NCBI RefSeq assembly: GCF_006345805.1
Contig: NC_043004.1
Span: 104,904,001-104,968,000 of the forward strand
Direction of reading: 5' to 3'
Length of the DNA: 64,000 nucleotides
Source of the DNA: Octopus sinensis
Taxonomy: Eukaryota
Below, one piece after another: positions 50,790 through 61,344 of this stretch. The notes beneath the pieces were generated by a model. It had not been told where the DNA came from, did no database searches, and saw only the letters and a list, made by a program, of their open reading frames with translations. The translations under genes and the position numbers were made by a program. Numbering within the stretch: position 1 is the stretch's first letter; each line of letters begins with the position of its first letter.

Positions 50790-51270
50790 GTAAGTCCATA
50801 GTTTAGAAAGCGGGTTGAGAAATGCATCCAGTTGAAAAAATGGGATCTAGCAGTTTAGTGCTCATGCGGATAATGGGAGAAAAGTTCAGAGATCATCAAG
50901 AGTTTAGAATTTGTGAGAAAGACAGTTAGTTAGACCAAGACATTATAAAAGATAGGTAGATCTGAGTGAAAGGGCGTTTATATAAATAAAGATAAAAAAT
51001 AAAAATTAAAAACAATAAAACGAAAAAATATAAGAATAAAATAAGTGGATAATTGAAGAAAAAGGATCGGGGATACGGGTAGATCGATGCAGATGCTTAA
51101 ATCTTAAGAGTTTGTGTGTGTATCAGGCCATTTGAGTCTGATGAGCCGCCTGTACAGATAAGCGCCTTATAGGCACGGAAGCAATGGTCACTGTCTGACT
51201 GACCATAACAAACAATCTTGTAAATGCGTGTGTGTGTACAAAACTTTTTTCAGCGTAAAATGTAGCCAGT

Positions 51271-52257
51271 TTAGAGATTGGTTAATAAAATAATGACAAG
51301 AAGATTGAAGATATTTGCGATATATCTGTAGCTGTTAACATTCCCGCTTGAACTGGCCCCTGTGTCACTCGGATTCCAAGAGAAGGATATTAGTTTGTGT
51401 TCAACAAGCGAACTTAATTTTGGATTTGTTGTAACGCAATCGGAATAAATTTTTACCAGTTTCTCAGTATCTTCTGTTTTCTCGTTGAAAATTACTTTAT
51501 CACAATATGTTTCATTTCCATTCATCTTCCTGTCAATTTTTTTTAGTTTCTGGCAGAAGATGCCACTACTTTTAGCAAACTCTTTAGCATTTGAAATATA
51601 GATTGTCTTGTTTTCTGTTAGATCGTATGATGTGAATTTCTTCAAAAGCGCGTCGATACATTCAATCGTTTGTGTATAGTTGTACTCTGAACAAAATTTG
51701 TCGTAGAATTTTATGGGATTTCTTTCATGATCCACTTTAGGATAGCACTTCAGTTCCAGACCATAATTTGGTATCAAATGAAACAGAGGGTCTATTATTT
51801 TACATTTAATATTTAAAATGGAATCCAAATAACGAAACCAAATCATACGCACCCTTAATGGACAGCGACTGAGTTTTAGAAACATACCTCTTTCCATTTT
51901 TAGCTTACAGAATGCTCTAGAGAAACTATTGCCTTCAGAAATAGTGCTCATATCACAATCGTGCGAATCAAATTTTATTTTTTTATATCTTCTACAAAAT
52001 ACTTTTGTTTTCTCTTTAATTTTGGTAAAATTTATACTTTGTTTATATTGCAGATCCATTTTGTGATTTGAAGAGTTTATATTTTGCTGTAAACATCGCA
52101 TATACTTTGGGTAAGATGCCGAGCATACAGAGCCGACCAACGCATCACTATCAAAGCTTAAATGTCGGCTACAAATTGATTGAACACTGCTGTAACTTAA
52201 TGGAATATTGCAGCTAAAAAGAATGAAGAATGGCAGAATAAATATGTAAAAATCCAT
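51271..52257 (-). CDS. Single-exon secreted Cys-rich protein, probably GPI-anchored, 328 aa
   Basis: The track start at 52278 is TTG; the first ATG is at 52257 (gttATGG). Hydrophobic N-terminus MDFYIFILPFFILFSCNIPLSYS, 14 further Cys, five N-glycosylation sequons, and small-residue stretch DTGASSSG followed by hydrophobic C-terminus IANIFNLLVIILLTNL*. Confidence 0.85.
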   Translation of the reverse strand: MDFYIFILPFFILFSCNIPLSYSSVQSICSRHLSFDSDALVGSVCSASYPKYMRCLQQNINSSNHKMDLQYKQSINFTKIKEKTKVFCRRYKKIKFDSHDCDMSTISEGNSFSRAFCKLKMERGMFLKLSRCPLRVRMIWFRYLDSILNIKCKIIDPLFHLIPNYGLELKCYPKVDHERNPIKFYDKFCSEYNYTQTIECIDALLKKFTSYDLTENKTIYISNAKEFAKSSGIFCQKLKKIDRKMNGNETYCDKVIFNEKTEDTEKLVKIYSDCVTTNPKLSSLVEHKLISFSWNPSDTGASSSGNVNSYRYIANIFNLLVIILLTNL

Positions 52258-52865
52258 AACGGTTTCTGATATTTGCAAGCGGTAACTTTCACAAGAAGTA
52301 TGATCGTGTGATAACTACGGGCGTAAAAGAAATGTATAATCGAAAAGTTCAGGTTACTAATATTTCAAGCATGGGGAAAGCTGTCTGGTTGGAGCATTTA
52401 CGAGTGGCTTCACCGGAAAAAACAGAAACAGCACTTCACCAAACACTAAACTAGACCGATCCTTAATACGTCATCTTTGATAAATAAGATTCTGTTGTAA
52501 TGGAAAAGAAAACACTGTTCGTCATAGAGTTGACAAATTTCCGCATGTAATCTTCAGATTTGTTTTCCATTTTTTTCTAATAAATATTTTAAAAATCTAA
52601 TTCTATACAATTTGGATGAAAACTCGGTTAATTATACTGCTTACTTGGTTAATATGTTGTAGCTTAGGTTAGTTTCCAAATGTCAACTAATTCAATTATG
52701 TATAATTTTCCCTTGTTAACATCCCTCTAAAAAACAGGTTAATCCTAAATAATGGAAATAATAAACCTTGAATAGACCATACTGGCATGGGTTGGACGGT
52801 TTGACAGGAGCTGGTCAGCCAGGGAGCTGCATCAGGCTCCAGTTGTCTGTTTTGGCAAGATGTTT

Positions 52866-53875
52866 ATAATAATAATAATAATAATGAAATTATTGTATAC
52901 AGTGCTCAGTTGCACCACAACTTGTCAGAAAGTGCATATAAAGCACATGCAGTAATGTACAAATGTCTGGAAAGCGAACAATGTATGAGTCAGATACATG
53001 CTTGTGTGTGTAAGGAGGGGAGAAAATCAGGTGTAGTGTTGGCGAATCTCAGGAAGCATGGAAGTTTTGAAGGATGCAGTGCTCCGACAACTAACAACCG
53101 ATGCCAGCAGATGATGTTAAAACTTAGGTAAATAAGTTCCATGCTTCAGCAACTCTCAGCATGAAAAAATGTTTCCTAAAGTCATGGGAGCTGTGCTGTT
53201 TTTTGACTTTGTAAATATGTCCATGGGTGTTAGATGGGTGGAATTTGAAAAGGTACTCTCAGTTATTGTTTGTACGATGGTTGATAATTTTATGGGTGTC
53301 TGTCAAGTCAGCTGCCAGACGCCAGAGTTTCAATGTGTCCATGCCCAGGGAAGTAAGGCGTTCAGAATATGGCAAATGCCTGATGGAGGGTATTCTTTTG
53401 GTTGCACGTCGCTGAACAGCTTCCAGACGATTGATATCCTGGGCAAGATAGGGGTTCCAGACCGGTGATGCAAATTCCAAGTGAGGTTTTACCATAGCTA
53501 TATAAAGCCGCAGATAGATAGCCGGAGAGCAGCTCACAAAGGATTTGGTGAGTGATGCCAAGACACCCTCAGCCTTCTGGACAATTTTAGCGATGTGTTT
53601 TGTCCAACGCAAATCACTGTCGACAATAACACCCAGGTCACGTTCACATGAAGACTTTTTGAGACTAGTGTTGTGGAGGGAGTAGGTGGACGCTGGGTTT
53701 CTCCTCCCAAAATGCATGGTGGTACATTTGTCCACAGCCAGCTTGAGTTGCCAGTCCATGATCCACTGCTGCATTGTGTCCAGGTCTGCTTGCAATAGAG
53801 ATCTATAGTGTACAGGATTTGACCTCTTTATTTCGAGGTACAGCTTGATGTCATCTGCATATTTTGGTCTTCGAC
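52866..53875 (-). mobile_element. CR1-clade LINE 3' remnant
   Basis: YADDIKL, ERDLGVIVDSDL, LYIAMVKPHLEFASPVWNPY, LEAVQRRATKRIP; (TTA)n tail at about 52866-52885. Confidence 0.9.
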
Positions 53876-54059
53876 AGTAAAGATGCCGGCATAGCATCCA
53901 GCAATGATTTCTGGCTGGATGCCTTCTTAACGCCAACCACTTCACAGAGTGTACTTGGTGCTTTTTACGTGGCACCGACACAAGTGCTCTTTATGTGGTA
54001 CCGGCTTTATATGTAGCACTGACTTAAGCAATATCTGTAGTAACAATAAATAAGCTTCC

Positions 54060-54713
54060 AATGTTAAAAATAAAGTTGGAAATTTTGAGGATGCGGGACA
54101 ATTAAATCTCCCCAGTTCTTCCCTGGTGTCCTTATTTATCGACCTCAGAAGGTTGAAAGTCTATGTTTATTTCTGCAGATTTTAACTCAGAATGAAAAGA
54201 CTTGAAACAAATACTTCAAGACAATTTACCAAATGACTTAACAATTGTGCTAATCTACCGCATTTAATCACAACCACTAATCCTTTATTTTAATTTTGGC
54301 ACAAGGTCAGCAATTTTGAAGGGGTAGGTAAGCCAATTACATTGACTCCAGTGCTCAGCTAGTAGTTATGTTATTGATCCCAAAAAGGATGAAAGGCGAA
54401 GTAGGACATGGCAGCATTAGAACAGAGAAGGTAAGGAACCAGAAGAAATGCTACTAAGCATTTTGTCCAGCACAGTAATAATTATGCCAGCTCACCACCT
54501 TCTCAGTCACAACAAATAATTCTTTCTACTATACACACAAAGCTTGAAATTTTAAGGAAAGGAAACAGTCAATTACATTGAACCCAGTGCTCTACTGGTA
54601 ATTTTTTTATCGACCCTGAAAGGATAAAAGATGGAGCTGACCGCAGCAGAATTTGAACTCAGAATGTAAAGATAGACGAAATGGTGCTAAACATTCTGCC
54701 AGCTCGCCACCTT
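54060..54713 (-). mobile_element. Three consecutive old SINE family B copies
   Basis: Copies at about 54060-54260, 54285-54500 and 54521-54713; the last is flanked by the 16-bp direct repeat agtcacaacaaataat. Confidence 0.8.
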
Positions 54714-55066
54714 AGTCACAACAAATAATGTAGAAAAGAGAAAGAATACACATGGTGTAATTTTTCTAGCAGCAAGAAAAATTTTAGCTTCAATGATTCA
54801 TATTTATTAAAAGGAGTTCATTATTTTTACATTAACTGCTGAGGAATGTAGCAAGCCAATGGATTCTGCATGAAAGCATCAGTGCTATTCCTTGATCAGA
54901 GTGTTTAATCCTTAATGGTATTATATTCCATCTTATTGTAAATGGGTAACATGAGGAAGTACAGTTTGTCTATGTAAGCAACAGTTGAATGGTTGTTAAC
55001 TATTGTTGGTGGTGTCAAATCCTCTCATAAGCATATGGAAAACAAAGGAAAACCAGTCTAATGTTA

Positions 55067-56322
55067 CGAGGTGGTATCAAAAAGTTCTGTAGTGTGCCAA
55101 CAGATGGCAGCACACAGTTGCGTGCACAATGAGAACTTGAAGTAACCTTTATGAGGCAGTGTGTCAAGTGACATCACAGTGTTTACTTCGCAAGTTATGA
55201 AATTTGTGTTTTTGTGATCACATACTCTTTTACTTGTTTCAGTCATTTGACTGTGGCCATGCTGGAGCACCGCCTTTAATCGAGCAACTCGACCCCGGGA
55301 CTTATTCTTTTGTAAGCCCAGTACTTATTCTATCGGTCTCTTTTGCCGAACCGCTAAGTAACGGGGACATAAACACACCAGCATCAGTTGTCAAGCAATG
55401 CTAGGGGGACAAACACAGACATGCATATATATATACATATATACGATGGGCTTTTTTCAGTTTCCGTCTACCAAATCCACTCACAAGGCTTTGGTCAGCC
55501 CGAGGCTATAGTAGAAGACACCTGCCTAAGGTGTCACGCAGTGGGACTGAACCCGGAACCATGTGGCTGGTAAACAAGCTACTTACCACACAGCCACTCC
55601 TGCGCCATGTATCCTGTAGTCTACAATTTTTGTCATGGACAGGAAACTGGAACAAAAAGCCAACATGAAATTTTGCGTTAAACTTGGTAAATCCATTGCA
55701 GAAATATTGAGCTTGCTTCGGCAAGTTTATGACAGCGAGGCAATGGTTCGAGTGACATGGGCACACAACAGAGCCACAGCTCAGTCAAGAGTTTGCTCAT
55801 CATGTTTTTTGCAATGTTCACAGCATTGTGCATCAGGAATTTATTCTCCAGGACCAGACCATCAATCGAAAGGTCTACTGCAACGTTTTGAAGCATTTGA
55901 GGGAAGACATTTGGCGAAAGTGACCCCAGATCTGTGAAGCATGAAGAATTGGATGCTTCATGACGACAATGCACCCTGTCACTGAGCTCTCCTCACTCAT
56001 GAGTTTCTCACCAAAAGCAACATGCTATCACTTCCGCACCCACCAGACATAGCACCTGTGAATTTCCATTTCTTCCCCAAGATGAAAATCCAGCTCAAAG
56101 GTCGCTGTTTTAACACTGTTGTCGAGATCCAGAGTTAATTGCAGAAGGTTCTCAACTCATGGGAAACGACTTCCAAACCAGGTTCCAAAAGCGGCAGGGA
56201 CACTGGGACCGGAGTATTGTTGCACAAGGTGACTATTTCAAAGGAGATGATGTTAAAACTTAGGTAAATAAGTTATTTTTTTATTAAACATAACAATCCA
56301 GGTACTTTTTTATGCCTCCTTG
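55067..56322 (+). mobile_element. Internally deleted mariner with a SINE A insertion (55222-55605, minus)
   Basis: ta|cgaggtggtatcaaaaagttc and ggtactttttatgcctccttg|ta ends; EQKANMKFCVKLGKS (HTH), LHDDNAPCH, PHPPDIAP. Confidence 0.88.
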
Positions 56323-56394
56323 TATACTTAATTGAGCCACTAAATAAAACCTGTGCAATTTACCTGTTGAGCCAGACAGCTCATGACAGTTGAA

Positions 56395-56480
56395 TTCAAA
56401 TGAATGCTAATGAAGAGATAAATTCAAGAGCTGTGCCAGTTATCAGGTATGGAGCTGGAATTGTGGACTGGACAAAGACA
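56395..56480 (+). mobile_element. Short non-LTR retrotransposon fragment (R4/Dong-like motif)
   Basis: Translates INSRAVPVIRYGAGIVDWTK. Confidence 0.45.
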
Positions 56481-56699
56481 ATATACTGCTTTCTTTTTGA
56501 CAGGGTACAAATGCCCTATATTACAGACAACAATGATGATGATAAGGAGGATATTTTATGGGTAGCCATGTGATGAAGCATACAACTCCCTGTTGGAATC
56601 AGGTGTTGCTGTTGCAACACATGGCATGTCTTAGGCAGAGCCCATCCTGCTTCAAGCTGTTTTCTTCCAGAGAGAAAGTGTGTGTGAGAAAAAGAGAGA

Positions 56700-57251
56700 A
56701 GAAGAATTGACTCTAGTATTTGACCAGGACTTTATCCATCTCAAAAGATTAAAAGGCAAAAACTGACCATGGCAGGATTTGAACACACGGCTCAAAGAAT
56801 GTTGCAAGATATTCTATCCAGCATTCTAAGATTCAGCCAATCAATCACTTTCTTATAATGTCTTGAAATGTTATGCCTGCAGGTACTGGCTCTCTATACA
56901 GATGTTACGGTTGAATGAAAACTGCACCAATCTCACCAGGATGGGAAGAGCTATAAAGGTTATGCACACGGCCCCATTATCCATTCTGACTCAACACCAC
57001 CACCACCACCACAACCACCACCACCACTGTTGTCATCGTTGTTTTAATGTCCATTTTCCCATGCTCACATGACTTGAGCGAAGTTTAATGAGGTAGATTT
57101 TCAATGGCCAGATACCCTTCCTATCACTTAGCTGTTTCCAAGCACCCGTGGCCAGATATTTTTGCAGAATATTGGAAATAAATGACATTCATTTACAACA
57201 GTCACATGATGTCAAGACAAGGGAACACAAACATACTCTCTCACCTTCACT

Positions 57252-57288
<37 letters not shown>

Positions 57289-60151
57289 CAAATCCACTCA
57301 CTTGGCTTTGGTCAGTCTGGGACTATATTAGAAGACACTTGACCAAAGTGGGTCTGAATCTAAAACAATGTCATTGAGAAACAAACTTCTTAACTATCCC
57401 ACCACACCTGAACCCCCTTTTTGTCTTTTTTTTTTAGCATAAAACAATAATTAAGACTGTGTACAGCTTGGAGGAGATGCATGCTTTAATGAAGTGGAGT
57501 TGTTGGGTAACTATCTTGACTTTTGGACAGTAGAACACGGTGTTTAGCCAAAGCTAGCAAGACATTGAGAAACACCGTGTTCTGCTGTCTAAAAATCAAG
57601 ATAGCTTCCCGACAGCTCCACTTCATTAAAATAATAAAGACTCATCTCGCTGCTAAGTTATTTTCTGTTATTTGTGAATATTATTGTAAAGCTAAACATT
57701 GGTTTCAAATTTTGGCACTAGGCCAGGAATTTTGCAGGCAGAGGGAAGATTACATTGACCTTGGTGCTCTACTGGTACTTATTTTATCAACCCTGAAAGG
57801 ATGAAAGGCAAATTCAACCACTCAGAATGTAAAGACAGATGGAACACTGCTAAACATTTTGCCCAGCATGCTTAACAGTTCTACCAACTTGACGCCTTAT
57901 GTAAAGCTAAATACTGATTTCAAATGTTGGCATTACGCTAGCAATTTTAGGGGAGGAGGTATTCAATTGGTACTTTTGCTTATCAACCTTGAAACAATGA
58001 AAGGCAAAGTCAATCTCAGCAGACTTCGAACTCAAACCATAAAGATGGACAAAATGCTGTTAAGCGTCTTACCCATCAGGCTAACGATTCTGCCAGCTTG
58101 CTGCCAAATATAAAATTAAATATTGATATTTCATTTTACTAAATGTTGGTTTCTGCTGAGAAGTCTAACCTGACCCTTCTAGTTTCAGAACAATGTTTTT
58201 TTGTTTTTATCAATCCCTACCTTTTTAATGCACCTAGTTTCATTCTATTGGCTACATTTAACAAAAACAACTTTAATGTCTCGGTAGGTCACACACGGAT
58301 AAGACTTCGGCTGTGAATCTGGGATGGAACTACTTCTCTTGAGGAAATTGCTACTTACATATTGTCTTTAAAGTTAAAGGCAAGCTAACGAAAACTTCTG
58401 AGATGTTTTAGTGACATCTTAACAAAATAGAACCATGTCTGGCATTTATTTTGCTTGTCTCTTTCCGTCAGCTGTTTATTTGTTTGCTTTATTTTCTTAA
58501 CTGTTAATATCTTCTGTTTTTTACTTGTTTCAGTCATTAGACTACGGCTATGCTGGGGCACCACCATCAAGAAATTTTAGCTGTATGAATCGACCCCCTC
58601 GCCCCGCCTCAATATTTTTTTTAAAAGTATGCTATCAGTCGTAAACAGCAGATGTAAACACACCAATACCAATTGTCAAGTGCTGGTAGAAAACATACAC
58701 AGACACAAATAAATGCACACACACACACACACACACTCATATAAAAGGAATAAATCCAGGCAAATATCTATAAAGCATTCAGTTTTAAATGAGAATTTGG
58801 TTAACTATATCCAACACAATCAGATACCAATAAATTGAAGTAGAATTAACCTCCAAGGTAATAAATATGACAGGTTTTTTTCAGTTTCCATCTACTGAAT
58901 CTACTTACATGGCTTTGTTCAACCCAAAGCTTTAGCAGAAGACACTTGCCCAAGGTACCATGTAGTGGGACTGAACCTGGAACCATGTGGTTGAGAAGCA
59001 AGCTTCTTACCACACAGCCATGCAGAGATTTTTTTTTTCTTTTTATGTAGAGGAAAATAATAGTTTTCTGAGCTTCTGGCATCAAACACTGTTTCTTCAT
59101 TATTGTTGCTTAAAGAGATAATGACCGATTATCTTATTTCTTTCGGTTGATAATATATTAGATTATCTTTTCAAAAGCAGAACAAAATAATCAAGTACTA
59201 AACACAATTAATCAATCAATATCTCCAAAGGTGGCAAACTGGTTGAATTGTTAGAGCATCAGAAAACATGCTTACTGATTTTTCTTCTGAACCTTTAAGA
59301 TCTAAGTTCAAATCCCTCTTGGGTCAATTTTACTTGTCATCCTTCTGGGGTCAATGAACAAGGTACTGGTCAAAATACTGACTCATGTCTCAACTTATGT
59401 CCCACGACCACTAAATTCCTACCATTCATTGGTAAAAATTCCAAGATTAGTAGGGGAAAAGAAAAGTGAGGTGTGTAACATACATAAATTCTTCATTTCT
59501 CAAAACATTACCAATTAGACAGCACTAGTGATTAGAAAAAATAAAAACATTTTTCTGAATTTTATTTTAGTTTATTTTCTTATGCTTGATTATTTCTGCT
59601 CTTCTTCTGTACCACTCTTCATTGTTCTTTTTCCTTGCGTTCCACTAGAGAAAAAAAAAGAGAAAATTTTTTTAAATAATACAAATAATAATTCTTTCTA
59701 ATTTTGGCAGAAGGCCAACAAATTTGAGGGGAAGGAGAAAGTCAATTACATCAACCCCAGTGTACAACTGGTACATATTTTATTAATGCTACAGAGGATG
59801 ATAGGCAAAGTTCACATCTACAAGATTTGAACTCACAACATAAAATACCAGAAGAAAGAATTTTGTCTAACATGCTAATGATTCTGCCAGCATGCTACCT
59901 TAATAATAATAATAATAATAATAATAATCCTTTCTACTAAAGGCATAAGGCCTGAAATTTTGGTGGAGAGGAGACTAGTTGATTACATCGATCCCGGTGA
60001 TTTACATAAATTTATCAACCCCAAAAGGATGAAAGGCAGAATTTGTACTCAAAACATAAGGACAGATGAAATGCCGCTAAGCATTTTGCCCAACAAGATA
60101 ATGATTCTGCCAGCTCACCTCCTTCTTCTTCTCCTTCTTCTTCTTCTCCTT

Positions 60152-60190
<39 letters not shown>

Positions 60191-60234
60191 GATGATGGTG
60201 ATGGTGGTGGTGGTGGTGATGGTGGTGGTGGTGG

Positions 60235-60265
<31 letters not shown>

Positions 60266-60405
60266 GATGATGATGATCCTTTCTACTATAGGCACAAGGC
60301 CTGGATTTTCTGTGGAGGGAGACAGTCATTCATATTGACCCCGGTACTTAACTGGTATTTAATTTATCAACCCCAAAGGATTGAAGGCAAAGTCAACCAC
60401 AGCAG
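56700..60405. mobile_element. Cluster of old SINE A and B copies
   Basis: Diverged copies at about 56700-56840, 57250-57410, 57700-58110, 58500-58700, 58870-59025, 59225-59420, 59690-59900, 59930-60120 and 60278-60405. Confidence 0.75.
60120..60276. repeat. Compound trinucleotide array (CTT, GTT, GGT, GAT)
   Basis: Directly visible; lies at a SINE B tail. Confidence 0.95.
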
Positions 60406-61344
60406 AAAATAATCATGATAATAATAATAATAATAATAATAAATGCCCTGAGGCAGTACCAGGCAGTGGCTCTCATGACTTCTGATCTTAACTGATTGAA
60501 AGTGTTATCATGTACGTGTTTTGTATTGGTGTAAAAGATGGGTCACAGCAAATATTCTACTCAGTACCACAGAGCTGCTTGTCAGTTGCTTGACCATAAC
60601 CAGTTGAGCATGTCCCTTAGTAGCTGACAATGTGTGCATCTCTGATCATGAACAGGAGCATCATAGCCATGTGTTGAGAGGAGTTCTTTGGGGTTTGAAT
60701 AATTCACCTCTGGAAACATGGGTGTTTTGTTCCTGATCCTTAAACAACCCTTGTTCGGGGACCTTTTGAGTGGGCTGGATACTCACCTGAAGAAAATTCT
60801 AACTGGGCCCCACCTGAAAGGTCATGCACTGTTTAACTTCATATAAGGTCACCATGTCGCACACGTATGGTTGTGATGCATGTGTCTGGTGTACCCTTAT
60901 CAGACAGGTAGTCATGATTGGTATATTAGACTTCATATATTTATACCCCAGTGTCACTTTGATGACATGCACTGCTCTCTCACTCAATAATAATAATAAT
61001 AATAATAATGATAATAATAATAATAATAATAATTATAATAATAATAATAATAGTAATAATAATAATCCTTAATAATATAGGCACAAGGCCTGAAATTTGC
61101 CAAAATTAGGAAGAATCCTCATCATCATTATTATTATTATTCAGTAGTCTTATTCTTATTTTATGTTTTTACCACACTATTGAGCATAGTTCTGTGTCCC
61201 TTGGGTATGAGCTGTGAATTGTTTTGGTGTTGTCATTTTTACAGTATTGAATGTAAGAGATATTCTATCTCCATTACTATTTGTATTGGCCATGATACTT
61301 CTCAGTTTGATATCATGGAAGTCAAAATAGCTTATGATTTGGGA

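Noticed and set aside
59960-60412. 150-aa ORF with poly-L/V/G/D runs
   Set aside because: SINE B sequence plus a trinucleotide array.
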